Shown here piece by piece: positions 10,277-20,435 of a DNA stretch of 64,000 nt. A model generated the notes under the pieces. That model did no database searches. It was not told the DNA's origin and worked only from the letters and a program-made list of their open reading frames with translations. Source of the DNA: a virus; the IMG/VR virus record IMGVR_UViG_3300032323_001387, positions 32,001 to 96,000 of that record; one strand, given 5' to 3'. Each line of letters starts with the position of its first letter. Position 1 is the stretch's first letter. The position numbers were made by a program, and so were the translations under genes.

Positions 10277-11251
10277 TTATTTTCCAATGTAATTTTCGAT
10301 AGTTTTCTTAATACCATCTCTTAGTGTAGTTCTAGGTAACATATCATATTTACGTTGCTTGTCCGCACTTAGACAGCGAACTGGGTCGCCATTTGTCTTT
10401 GTTTCGTCCCAAATGATTTGTTTTTCTTCGCCACTGATTTCTTTGTATACGTCAATGATAGTTTCAATTGTTTCTTTAATGCTAACTGCTGTGCCGCAGC
10501 CAAAGTTAACAATGTCTTTGACTTCTTTAGTAACTGCATCGATGCTGGCTTGTGCAACATCGTCGCCAAACACAAAGTCTCTGCGAGCACTACCATTGCC
10601 CCAACATGTAATGCTGTTGCCCGGAACGTTCTTTAGCTTCCAAATGTTAGAACTGATAACTGTGGCATCTTCTGCAAAGTTATCATTGATACCATAGATA
10701 TTACTTGGACGAATTACTGTCCAATTATCCCACCCATACTGTACTGTCAGAGATTCCAATGTTGCTTCGCCCATGCGCTTGGTCCAGCCTGGATACCAAT
10801 CATTGCGACTTGGTGTTGTTTTCCAAACATCGTCTTCGTTCATTAGCTCTGCTGGCTGGTAAACGCCTACACTACTCAAATACACAAACCAATCTACCTT
10901 AGCATCAAATGCTGCCTTAATCATGTTAGTGTTAAACATCAACATAGGGAACAAATAATCGCAGGGCTGTTTACTGCTACGAGCAGGACTGCCTTTGACT
11001 CCGGCAATGTGTAGCACAATGTTAATCTTGTTTTTAAACAACTCTTCGCAGTTATGCAAATAAGTCAAATCACAGTTAACAAATTCTACCACGTTGGGAT
11101 ATTTGTCGCAGACTTCTTTTAGCTTGGGGCTTTGTCTGATATCCACAGCATAGACTTTACTTGCGCCTTCATGAACGCTTTTTTCAACTGCTGGTACACC
11201 CACTAAACCACTGGCGCCTGTTACCAATACTACTTTGTTTTCAAATTTCAT
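10277..11251 (-). CDS. NDP-sugar epimerase/reductase-like SDR with atypical active site
   Basis: TGASGLVG, SSVGVY, RPSNIYGIND, WGNG..RDFVF; PGWTK instead of YxxxK; start taken as MKFENK. Confidence 0.85.
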   Translation of the reverse strand: MKFENKVVLVTGASGLVGVPAVEKSVHEGASKVYAVDIRQSPKLKEVCDKYPNVVEFVNCDLTYLHNCEELFKNKINIVLHIAGVKGSPARSSKQPCDYLFPMLMFNTNMIKAAFDAKVDWFVYLSSVGVYQPAELMNEDDVWKTTPSRNDWYPGWTKRMGEATLESLTVQYGWDNWTVIRPSNIYGINDNFAEDATVISSNIWKLKNVPGNSITCWGNGSARRDFVFGDDVAQASIDAVTKEVKDIVNFGCGTAVSIKETIETIIDVYKEISGEEKQIIWDETKTNGDPVRCLSADKQRKYDMLPRTTLRDGIKKTIENYIGK

Positions 11252-12693
11252 TTTAAATACCACTTTCTTATATCGTTAAAGGTTTTATTAAATGGGTTAT
11301 ACTTACCAAACGTCTTTGCATGATTTTGATTGTGTATTAACACATCTGTTAGCTGATAATATATATCATGTATTTCACTTAGTGATAACGCTGATAGCCT
11401 ATAAATCTCAGCATTAATCAATTCAAATCTATTTCTAAAATCTGTACATTCATCATATGTTTCATCTATAAATGGACTAAATGTTTTAAATCCTAACTCC
11501 CGCAATGTTTTTAATGTATAAGGATTACCCATTACTATAAATGGCTGTAGATTAATTATAGGATGATGAAACGTTTTTTCACTGATAAAAGGAAACTTGC
11601 CTCCACCAAATTCAAATGACGTTTCATTTACAATATTAATATAAGACTCAGCAAACAATGCTTTATTGTTGTTATTAAGATTAAAGCTGTGTTTCTGATC
11701 TAAGGGCAAGTGTGCAGTATCAACTTCCATGGGAATATTGTTAACAATATCATCAACAATTAACTCTACTTCCTCAGATTCCCCTGTAAAATGGGATATT
11801 GCATTATAGATTCTATGTTTATTGGTATAATCGTGTAATGCTACAAAACTAAAAATGCTGTCATTTAATAGTCGATGCTTAAACGCCATATAAGCACTTA
11901 GCCAGCGATGCGGCCTGTGCATATTCCTATTCATACAAATAAACTTCTTACTGCGAATATGATTAAGGTCTAAGTCTTCTGGTTTAATATAATCCGATTT
12001 ATATCCCAATGATCCTACTCTGGGATATTCTTGGAATTTATCTGCTAACTGATTTAAAACAATATATCCATTTGTTATTTTTATTTTACTATTAGGATAT
12101 AAATCGTAATGACTGTCAAAGGTATTACCGCCTATGACAATGATATTTTCTCCAGCAATGCCGTGATTATTAAAATACTTTTCTATCTCTACTAAGTTTT
12201 CAGAATGCTCCAATGGATCGTGTATTACATTCAATACTAGTTTGATATTACCCGTCTGTAATCCCAGCAACACCTTAGGATCTAAAGTATCGATAAATTC
12301 GTACTCGTAATCTGTGCCATTCAATTTAATTGAATACTTGCCGTAAATTGAGTTTAAAGTGAAACAAATCTCAACGGGATAAAGATATACGTCGCCGTCA
12401 TATACTAGTTCGTCAACAGTTACTATATTATCAGTGCCATAATGAAGTTTGTAATAGTTATAAAAGTTTTTATGGGCTACATGTGCTAACCACGTAGATG
12501 ATTCATTTTCTGCTTGTAATTCAGAGATAATCGTACTTTGAAACGCAAACTCGTTATCCTTAAGTCTATCCAATATATACGCATTTACCTGCGGAGGTAA
12601 GCCGTTTAAAAGAAACTCCTTGCCCTGATAATTGACAAAAGAACCGCTGTAAACTAATTTTATATCTCGATTATAATTGTTGAATAAACTCAT
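11248..12693 (-). CDS. Putative GT-B-like glycosyltransferase, phage paralog family B
   Basis: FICMNR..HRPHR, IVNET, FISEKT, QPFIVMG, LGFKTFSPFIDETYD; SEK recalls the GT10-type TEK motif. Confidence 0.5.
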   Translation of the reverse strand: MSLFNNYNRDIKLVYSGSFVNYQGKEFLLNGLPPQVNAYILDRLKDNEFAFQSTIISELQAENESSTWLAHVAHKNFYNYYKLHYGTDNIVTVDELVYDGDVYLYPVEICFTLNSIYGKYSIKLNGTDYEYEFIDTLDPKVLLGLQTGNIKLVLNVIHDPLEHSENLVEIEKYFNNHGIAGENIIVIGGNTFDSHYDLYPNSKIKITNGYIVLNQLADKFQEYPRVGSLGYKSDYIKPEDLDLNHIRSKKFICMNRNMHRPHRWLSAYMAFKHRLLNDSIFSFVALHDYTNKHRIYNAISHFTGESEEVELIVDDIVNNIPMEVDTAHLPLDQKHSFNLNNNNKALFAESYINIVNETSFEFGGGKFPFISEKTFHHPIINLQPFIVMGNPYTLKTLRELGFKTFSPFIDETYDECTDFRNRFELINAEIYRLSALSLSEIHDIYYQLTDVLIHNQNHAKTFGKYNPFNKTFNDIRKWYLK

Positions 12694-14080
12694 AAGATAT
12701 CTTGTATGGGTCAGTATCTTTAAAAGATGCGAAATGGTCTCTATTATAAATTAAAATATCTTTCATTGAATAATATAAGTCGTGTAATTCTTTATGACTC
12801 AGTGCATTTAATTTTAATATTTCTTTTTGAATCATTTGCATTCTTGTTGCATAGTCGGGCTCTAGATCATAACTCTCGTCTATAAATGGGCTAAATGTTT
12901 TAAAGCCTAGTTTTCTTAACTGACGTAATGATCCGAAATCGCCAACCATTATAAATGGCTGTAAGTTAATAATAGGCCTATATGTTTTCTCCGAGAAGAA
13001 TGGACTATTATCTATAGGTCCATGGAAACTTGTTTCTGATATAATATGGAAATACGTATCAGTATACCATTCCTTTTTATTATTATCAGTTACAAAGCCT
13101 CTTTTTTCATTAGCAGTTAAATGATTAGTGTCTATTTCATAGGGCAATAGGGCCATTAGATTATTAAAATCTTCGTCTGTAATAGGGCCAGGTAACAAAT
13201 CCTCTACATCGCGTCTAATATGATTTGGGTCATGTGGGATACTAACAAAACTAAAGATACTATTATCTAAAAGACTGTACTTCATTGCCATATAAGCCAG
13301 ATAATATCTGTGTGAACGCATAGACCTATTAAAACAAAGAAACTTTTTTGGTCGTATTTTAGTAATATCTAAATCGCTGTCTCTGACAATGTCAGATATA
13401 TAACCCATTGATGTGGGTCTAGGAAAATCAAACATACAGCGGGCTTGCTGTTGTAATGCTAGATTACCATAAGTGAAATTCGTTAAACTATCCGGAAAAT
13501 CTTTGGTATGATTAAAAAACTTATTGCCAAATATAAACACTAAATTAGATTCACTAACGCCTAATTTACGTAATACTAATTCCAATTCTCGTATACCAGG
13601 CGCAAAATGACAAGGATCTTGTATATTACAAATAACTATTTTGATTCTATTTGCTTTTAAATGATTAATAATAGGTTCAATAATTTCTTCTATAGAATAT
13701 TCAACACTGGTACCGTCTAAGTCGACTTTTACTTTGGCATTCAGCGAATCAATCGAGGTTGCAATTTCAATGGGAAAGATATACGTTGTATCTACGTCAT
13801 TGACATCTATATCATATATTGGAATTATATGCTGTTCGCCAATATTTTTTATAAAATAGTAATGAAAATTACCTAGGTTGTGCATTAAATTCCAACCAAT
13901 GGTTGAATTATTTTTTACTTGCTCTACACATTCATGCGGATTAAATTCATCATGCCCTTGAATATATTTTTTCTCAATATGATTCATTACAACCTGAGGT
14001 ATACCGTTGCTAAAATATACCTTTTCGCCGCGAACATTAGAGTAAATGTGCGAGTATACTGCTTTTAGAATACGACCCAT
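12671..14080 (-). CDS. Putative GT-B-like glycosyltransferase, family B
   Basis: FLCFNRSMRSHR, IISET, FSEKT, QPFIMVG, LGFKTFSPFIDESYD. Confidence 0.5.
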   Translation of the reverse strand: MGRILKAVYSHIYSNVRGEKVYFSNGIPQVVMNHIEKKYIQGHDEFNPHECVEQVKNNSTIGWNLMHNLGNFHYYFIKNIGEQHIIPIYDIDVNDVDTTYIFPIEIATSIDSLNAKVKVDLDGTSVEYSIEEIIEPIINHLKANRIKIVICNIQDPCHFAPGIRELELVLRKLGVSESNLVFIFGNKFFNHTKDFPDSLTNFTYGNLALQQQARCMFDFPRPTSMGYISDIVRDSDLDITKIRPKKFLCFNRSMRSHRYYLAYMAMKYSLLDNSIFSFVSIPHDPNHIRRDVEDLLPGPITDEDFNNLMALLPYEIDTNHLTANEKRGFVTDNNKKEWYTDTYFHIISETSFHGPIDNSPFFSEKTYRPIINLQPFIMVGDFGSLRQLRKLGFKTFSPFIDESYDLEPDYATRMQMIQKEILKLNALSHKELHDLYYSMKDILIYNRDHFASFKDTDPYKISYEFIQQL

Positions 14081-14694
14081 TTGCCTGTTCCATAATGAGG
14101 AAATTTAGATTTATATTCATACCATATAACATCTTCGGGAATATCACGTTTGTGATTCCATGTTGCTACAGTAGGAGTATTAGTAGATACTGCATTATCT
14201 TCTACAATAAAATACAACGGCAAATTAAAGTTTCTAGCATATTTGTGCACTTCATAAAAGATACCGCTTTCAAAACTCATATCACCAATGAAACACCAAA
14301 CTTTTTCATCGCTGCCATTATCTTTAATTGCTTGTGCAACGCCCAATGCAATTGATAATGTACCGCCAACAATAGCACTGGAATAAAATTTATTATCTAA
14401 ATTACATATAGTAATACTTTTTCCAGCTAATATATCTTGTTCAATAGTTGCGGGATCAATGCCTTTAAGCAGTGCATGATAATGACTGCGCCATGTAGAA
14501 AATACCCAATCAGTTGTTTTAATTCTTTTAAAGATTTCAATCAGTTGTTCTTCGTTGCCGTTAGACAAGTGCACTGGGCCACGGATTTTGGCATTTTCCC
14601 AGTGGTTTACAATCTTATCTTCAAATGCTATTAACTCTTCTTTAGTCAAGTCAATTGGCCTTACAATTTCATATTTGTCAATGTTTTTAATCAT
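14065..14694 (-). CDS. ThDP-dependent enzyme alpha subunit (short E1-alpha-like)
   Basis: GPVHLSNGNE, STWRSHYHALLKG, ThDP motif variant GDMSFESG...EDN. Confidence 0.85.
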   Translation of the reverse strand: MIKNIDKYEIVRPIDLTKEELIAFEDKIVNHWENAKIRGPVHLSNGNEEQLIEIFKRIKTTDWVFSTWRSHYHALLKGIDPATIEQDILAGKSITICNLDNKFYSSAIVGGTLSIALGVAQAIKDNGSDEKVWCFIGDMSFESGIFYEVHKYARNFNLPLYFIVEDNAVSTNTPTVATWNHKRDIPEDVIWYEYKSKFPHYGTGKWVVF

Positions 14695-14703
14695 AATAAT
14701 CTT

Positions 14704-15249
14704 TCATCTATCTCTTGCTTGCAACACTGGCTTATCTGTAGGCCATTCTATGTTAAATCTACTATCATTCCACTTAATCACTCCTTGCGCTTTTTCATCA
14801 ACGTAATCGCCTTGATAAAATAAGTTATAATGGAATATGCAATCTGTTAGTGCAAAGTGTCCATTAGCAAAGCCCGGTGGTACTAAGACTTGATCTCTAG
14901 TTTTTTCTGAGATTATATAGCTTTCCCATTTGCCATAGTTAACACTGTGTTCTCTAACATCCATTACTACAAGGTATATGTCGCCTACTAAGGCTTGTAC
15001 TAATTTCCAAGTCTTATTGTCGTAGTGTAAGCCACGCAATACTCCTTGATATGACTTACTAAACCTTCCATGTATATTAACGTCTGTGGGCAGTAATTTC
15101 ACAACTGGATGAGTTTCACTATGGAACGTTGTAAAAATTTCACCACGATATTCTCTGTATACACTGGGGCTATACACAGGAACTTCTGTGCCAAATTTTG
15201 ACAAATAAGATATATCAACATTATCCCATTGGGGCAATTTATAATTCAT
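14704..15249 (-). CDS. rmlC: dTDP-4-dehydrorhamnose 3,5-epimerase family (cupin)
   Basis: S...VLRGLHY, KLV, DVR, VPPGFANGHFAL, WND..FNIEWP. Confidence 0.9.
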   Translation of the reverse strand: MNYKLPQWDNVDISYLSKFGTEVPVYSPSVYREYRGEIFTTFHSETHPVVKLLPTDVNIHGRFSKSYQGVLRGLHYDNKTWKLVQALVGDIYLVVMDVREHSVNYGKWESYIISEKTRDQVLVPPGFANGHFALTDCIFHYNLFYQGDYVDEKAQGVIKWNDSRFNIEWPTDKPVLQARDR

Positions 15250-16676
15250 TCTCTTGTTCCTTTAATTCTTTCATCGAGGAATTTAATAAAATTTTCAGTT
15301 GTTGTATCTGTTTTATACAACGTTAATAAATGCTCCCTGTTATGTAATAGTATATCTTCCATTCTCCAATACCAATTATGTAGTTGTTTCTTATTCATTT
15401 TACATAACTTTTTAATTTCTTCATAGACCATTGCCACTCGCTTGCCAGTATCTTGTTCTAAATCATAACTTTCGTCAATAAAGCCGTTAAATGTTTTAAA
15501 ACCCATATCACGTAATAACTGCAATGCTCCGGGAAATGATAAAAATACAAATGGCATATAATTGGCAATGGGTTTGCAAATCTTTTCAGTTACTGATTTG
15601 TATGGACCTTCTGTGTATGTTTCTGTGCAGATATAAAAGTATGCATTGTTATACGAATTAACCTGATTATCTGTCCAAGAACTCACACTGTGATATGTAT
15701 CGTTTGGCTCATCTTTAAGTGACTTAGGTAGTCTACTGAATAGCTTATCCATTTTTGCCTTTGTCAATTTAAAGCCATAGCGTTGATTATATTCATCTAC
15801 TAACGTATCATATGGATCGAAATTTGCTAACCAACTCCAATCCCCAAGGTCTAATAGATTATCTTCGTTCATTGCAAAAGCTAAGGCAATTCTATGGTCA
15901 CGGGCTCTGCGGATTTTAAACAAAAAAGAATGTGGTCGAATACGCTTTTTAGACTCCAAGAATCTTTCTGGCTCAGTTCTGCCTTCTCTAGTCTGCATAT
16001 AGAAATAACTAGTATTACTAATGACAAATGGCCAGCTTTTAACTATCAACATTTGCTCCTCTTCGGGGAACCAAGAATTATAAACTTCTTCAGCATTGAA
16101 GGTGTTAAATGCCATTATTACTTGATTTTTTGGAATACCGCTATATTCAAGTGCCGTATGTAAATTTTCATACGTAGACTTTGAAACAAAGTTTTCCTGT
16201 GCATAGTCCAATACGATAGTTGCGCGGCCTTTTCTTATATCATCTAACGCTTCAGCGGAAATATATTTCCAAAAGAAATTACCTGCTATTTTTGTGCCAT
16301 TAAATGCGGCACCGCAAAATTGATCAATATGCGGGCTAACCTTTATAGGATATAGGTATTTGTCGAATTTGCGTTTGCCAAAATATAAACTTTCTTCTTT
16401 GGCGTCAACAAGTTCCATGCATGGCCCGGCAGTTAAATGTGTACCTGGGCCAGTGTTAGGCCAAGTACCAAATGATTTGCCTAATATGAATGACATTGTT
16501 GTGTCATTGTCGGATCCCGTATGCACTTGCTGTTCAAATAAACCACAATCCCGTACTGTAGTTGTATTCATGCTGTGCAAATAATTAACCATTCCTAATT
16601 CAGTTTGTAGTGCATTAGCTAATACTGAATTGGGAAATACGTAATCATATAATAAGGGTAGTGTTGCTTTATCCAT
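15246..16676 (-). CDS. Putative GT-B-like glycosyltransferase, family B
   Basis: RRARDHR, ICTET, VTEKICKPI, MGFKTFNGFIDESYD. Confidence 0.5.
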   Translation of the reverse strand: MDKATLPLLYDYVFPNSVLANALQTELGMVNYLHSMNTTTVRDCGLFEQQVHTGSDNDTTMSFILGKSFGTWPNTGPGTHLTAGPCMELVDAKEESLYFGKRKFDKYLYPIKVSPHIDQFCGAAFNGTKIAGNFFWKYISAEALDDIRKGRATIVLDYAQENFVSKSTYENLHTALEYSGIPKNQVIMAFNTFNAEEVYNSWFPEEEQMLIVKSWPFVISNTSYFYMQTREGRTEPERFLESKKRIRPHSFLFKIRRARDHRIALAFAMNEDNLLDLGDWSWLANFDPYDTLVDEYNQRYGFKLTKAKMDKLFSRLPKSLKDEPNDTYHSVSSWTDNQVNSYNNAYFYICTETYTEGPYKSVTEKICKPIANYMPFVFLSFPGALQLLRDMGFKTFNGFIDESYDLEQDTGKRVAMVYEEIKKLCKMNKKQLHNWYWRMEDILLHNREHLLTLYKTDTTTENFIKFLDERIKGTRE

Positions 16677-17451
16677 TTAATAAACTGTTATTGTGAGCTC
16701 GATCGAATGTTCCTCTAAATTCTCTGTTAAATTTGATTTCCATGTTATATTGACTTGTATAATCAAAGTCTATATTCCATTTGTTGACAAATTTTCTTGT
16801 TTTAGTTGTATTAAATCTAGGGAGAAATTCTTCAATGTATTTAAGATATACATTCGTACTCGGATGCCCATCTCTGCGATTTTCTTCTGTCCAAAATGGA
16901 CTATCTGTGTATTGATTTTTTTCTTTCCATTTATCTAACGTAATATCAACATCTAGCATTGCGTATATTTCGTCGGCCATTGGTTTCATATAATTACTGA
17001 CGCTGGCCGTGCCGTCTAAGTAAGCAGAATTGTCTATGCCCATGACTATATTATGTTTAACATTTTTTAGTGTTTGCTTAATTACTTTGGCTGCGATCCA
17101 AGACTGATATACTGCCCAGTCATCACTCCACATATTTTTTGTAAATTCTACAGTAACAGGATCGTTGGTGTTATAATTATACGAATATAAATCACCCTTT
17201 GTTTGCCAATTGGCATTGGGTGGCAAATAACTAAATCTACCAAAGCCGGTTAACATCACAATGACAAAATCAGTATCTGGATTAAATTTATATATGTGAT
17301 CGGCTTCAACGATCCTGTTCATTATGTAAGTGTTAGAGCAGCCTGCTCTGCCATAATTATAATACTCTTCAAAATTTATACCAATTAAGTCTGCCCATGT
17401 AGCATAAGCATACCTAGTATAACTACAACCAAATGCAAAAAATCTTTTCAT
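16669..17451 (-). CDS. SGNH/GDSL-like protein
   Basis: FGCSYT, NYGRAGCSN, DGHP. Confidence 0.65.
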   Translation of the reverse strand: MKRFFAFGCSYTRYAYATWADLIGINFEEYYNYGRAGCSNTYIMNRIVEADHIYKFNPDTDFVIVMLTGFGRFSYLPPNANWQTKGDLYSYNYNTNDPVTVEFTKNMWSDDWAVYQSWIAAKVIKQTLKNVKHNIVMGIDNSAYLDGTASVSNYMKPMADEIYAMLDVDITLDKWKEKNQYTDSPFWTEENRRDGHPSTNVYLKYIEEFLPRFNTTKTRKFVNKWNIDFDYTSQYNMEIKFNREFRGTFDRAHNNSLLNG

Positions 17452-18335
17452 AATAATTTCTTTACCAACGGGAATAATATATCTTCACACCATATGTCGT
17501 GTCCTTGCTGGCTAGGGTGAAAGCCGTCTTGTGCAAAGTATTCTAGATTGTATTTATTTTGCAAACTTTTCCTATCATCGTGTGATAATAATATTGCGTC
17601 ATCTTCAGTGACACCAATAAACTTGTGCAAATATTCAAACATACCCTGTGTTATCGTATGAGTATGATCAAACTGTTTGTACAAATAATTTACTATTTCG
17701 TGATCTTTATGTTTAATAATATCTTCATATACGTGCTTCATGAAAAATTGATTGATCAATTTTACGTTATGTAGCTTACAAAAATTTTGAAGCATAATGA
17801 TATTTTCCAAACTCGAATGTGTCTTGCCTACTCCGTTGACTTCTTTATCTAAGAGATAATGTTGTTGCACAAAGTCCAATGTAGAGTCGCTGCCATTGAC
17901 AGTTAAGTACCAGCCGCCGTTCTTGTTGTACTTGAATTCTGATCCGTTCTTGGTATAAAATACACCATCACCGTCTATGTTATCATCAGTGAGATTTAAA
18001 AACTGATGTGTCATTCCGCCATGGAAGTTGGGCCAGTCATTGACCATGCGTTCTATTATTGTAGGATTATCAATGAACCAAGACTTTCTGCTGGTGCCGC
18101 TCCACATAACGGCAACTAAGATTTCATTATTGTCAATGCCCGATTCAATGGCAGATAATATTGCAGACATTACACGTTTTTGTATAAGTTCTTGTCCGCT
18201 GCTATTTCTGCCTGTGTGATTTGTAGTTAGATTGGGATTATATTCTAGCAGAAATCCTGTAAGGCTTCCTACCCAGCCATTATCATTGTCACCAGTACTA
18301 AAGCTACACCCTCCGGTGACTAGATGTCGAATCAT
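17448..18335 (-). CDS. SGNH/GDSL-like protein
   Basis: GGCSFS, VMWSG..R, DGFHPSQQGH. Confidence 0.65.
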   Translation of the reverse strand: MIRHLVTGGCSFSTGDNDNGWVGSLTGFLLEYNPNLTTNHTGRNSSGQELIQKRVMSAILSAIESGIDNNEILVAVMWSGTSRKSWFIDNPTIIERMVNDWPNFHGGMTHQFLNLTDDNIDGDGVFYTKNGSEFKYNKNGGWYLTVNGSDSTLDFVQQHYLLDKEVNGVGKTHSSLENIIMLQNFCKLHNVKLINQFFMKHVYEDIIKHKDHEIVNYLYKQFDHTHTITQGMFEYLHKFIGVTEDDAILLSHDDRKSLQNKYNLEYFAQDGFHPSQQGHDIWCEDILFPLVKKLL

Positions 18336-18997
18336 ATCAATCGTATATCTCTAAGAAACAATTTTATTTTCTTTGCCAACTCTGCGTGTGCTTCCTCGTT
18401 GGGATGATATCCATCACTGCACTTCAAGCCTTTATTTAAACAATAAACTTCGTAGATAGATGTGTCGTAGCCTAGTACAAATTTCTTTGTTGGCAATAAC
18501 TTAACCATATTTTTATATTGGTTTTCAAAAGGTTCTTTATCTATATAACCTTCTAAAAAAGAATTTATAAAAGCATACTGTATGTTTCTAGCCTCCAGAA
18601 AAGATGCTACAAATATCTGTTGCATGTAATATTCCATCAGGCCTTCGTAGTCACTATAGAAATGCTCGTACCAAATATCTTTCATTTTTTTCAGATATTC
18701 TTCATATGGATCATGCCCCAGCAGTATGTTTTCCCATTGTTTCTTTTCTGGAAAATATACTGCTGTGCGTGATATGCCAGTCCAAGAAAATACCACCAAT
18801 GCCCTGGCTGGATGCTCTATGTCTGCAAAGTCATTTAACAAATTAATTATACTAAGCTTGTTAGAACCTCCTGGCACGCCTCTATTAACAACAGGGGTCT
18901 TCATTAAGTCTCCCAATTTAGCAGGCCATGCATCTTTGGACTTTATACCGTCTCCAGCAGTAAAGCTATCTCCGTATGCATAAATTTTATCAATCAT
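18332..18997 (-). CDS. SGNH/GDSL-like protein
   Basis: YGDSFTAG, NRGVPGGSN, DGYHPNEEAH; start taken as MIDKIY. Confidence 0.75.
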   Translation of the reverse strand: MIDKIYAYGDSFTAGDGIKSKDAWPAKLGDLMKTPVVNRGVPGGSNKLSIINLLNDFADIEHPARALVVFSWTGISRTAVYFPEKKQWENILLGHDPYEEYLKKMKDIWYEHFYSDYEGLMEYYMQQIFVASFLEARNIQYAFINSFLEGYIDKEPFENQYKNMVKLLPTKKFVLGYDTSIYEVYCLNKGLKCSDGYHPNEEAHAELAKKIKLFLRDIRLI

Positions 18998-20435
18998 TTT
19001 CCTTATATACCCCTGTTTCGGCAAAAGTTATTCCTGATTGTTCTACTAGCTTAACTATCTCATAATTTTTATTAAGTTCTATGCTTTCGTACCAATTGGC
19101 TATTTCCGGAAATGTATTAACTATGTTTTTGTTTCTTCTAGCATCATACTGTGAATAGAAACTCTTAAAGTCGTGGAACAATGCAGACTTATCGTGAGTA
19201 GTAGATACGTGACCTGTTTGGACAACTTCTAAATAATCAATTAATCGTTTGATGCTGGCTTTTTCACCTGCTTCTAAATACCGACTATCTTTGTGCAGAT
19301 CATACCATGCTGATAGTTTCGAATGTACTTCATCTTTGAGATCGTTGGGCAACGTAACTGGGCTCATGTATGCAGGCCAGCGCAATATGTTTAGATCCAA
19401 ATAAGGTCTATTGTTTCCATATTTTTGTTTAAGTTCTAACATATCGTCCATGAATTCTGTTATACTAAACAAACATAGATTAGATATAGTCATCATGATG
19501 GTGACATTTCTAAACTTGGCATTTTCAATGAAGTTGACTAAGTTACTGCGCCATACTTTATAGTCCATACCATCACGCAGATACTCGGCATGTAAGCCAA
19601 AGCTTTCGTTGCTGGTAAACAAATCAAACTCTTTAACTGGCAGCGTTTTAGTTACTTCAATTAGTCTTTCCAAAGCTCTGGGGCTTGAACCTAGATTACT
19701 GTTAACCGCAAAGCGCATGTCCAAGTATTCATTCTTTTCGTTTATAATATCAATAAAGCGCCAAAAGTTTTGACTAACTGTACATTCGCCGCCAGTAATA
19801 CGTAGCTCTTGCAAGCTCTTAGATAATTCAGGCCACCATTCAAAGAACGCTTCCACATAGGGATTGTCATCCAAATGGCGCCCATATGCTGTGCTCCACG
19901 CTCCATCAGTCTGGTATGCACCCCCGCCACCGCCTTCAGCAATGAAGTTTTGATATGGGCCATTCTTGGCAATGTCATAGCTCCATGTTGTACTGTAACC
20001 TGCGTTACAATAGCTACAGGCAAAGTTACACTGTCTATCAAAACTGATCTCTAATGTTTTAAGATTAACATCGTCAGCCCAGTTCATGTCCTTGATTTTT
20101 TTAATATCTTCTGCGCTATATATAATACTTTTATTAATACGGTCGCTGATATTATTTCTACCAATGCCTTCCACTTTCCAACAATAGCCGCACTCTGCTG
20201 GCTTTTTGCCTTCCAGCATCATTTTACGCATACGCTTTTTGTGATCAGTGTTGTGCAAGCCGCTGGGGTTATAACTAATTTCGCTGACATCAATTGGATG
20301 CGGCAAAGGTAAGTGACAGCTACCAGTATAGCCAGATCCTAAAAAGATACTGGCGTTGTACCATTTAGCCGCACAGAAGCTGGGACTAATTGAATTTAGA
20401 TTTTCATCTCTCCATTTAATTAGATCATCAGACAT
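18990..20435 (-). CDS. Radical SAM protein with N-terminal twitch-like domain
   Basis: FCAAKW..SCH..ECGYCW, then CNFACSYC and ITGGE. Confidence 0.9.
   Translation of the reverse strand: MSDDLIKWRDENLNSISPSFCAAKWYNASIFLGSGYTGSCHLPLPHPIDVSEISYNPSGLHNTDHKKRMRKMMLEGKKPAECGYCWKVEGIGRNNISDRINKSIIYSAEDIKKIKDMNWADDVNLKTLEISFDRQCNFACSYCNAGYSTTWSYDIAKNGPYQNFIAEGGGGGAYQTDGAWSTAYGRHLDDNPYVEAFFEWWPELSKSLQELRITGGECTVSQNFWRFIDIINEKNEYLDMRFAVNSNLGSSPRALERLIEVTKTLPVKEFDLFTSNESFGLHAEYLRDGMDYKVWRSNLVNFIENAKFRNVTIMMTISNLCLFSITEFMDDMLELKQKYGNNRPYLDLNILRWPAYMSPVTLPNDLKDEVHSKLSAWYDLHKDSRYLEAGEKASIKRLIDYLEVVQTGHVSTTHDKSALFHDFKSFYSQYDARRNKNIVNTFPEIANWYESIELNKNYEIVKLVEQSGITFAETGVYKEND

Noticed and set aside
6540-14694. 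Pyruvate dehydrogenase auxiliary metabolic genes
   Set aside because: Subunits are truncated, no E2/E3 is in the window, and they are embedded among NDP-sugar genes
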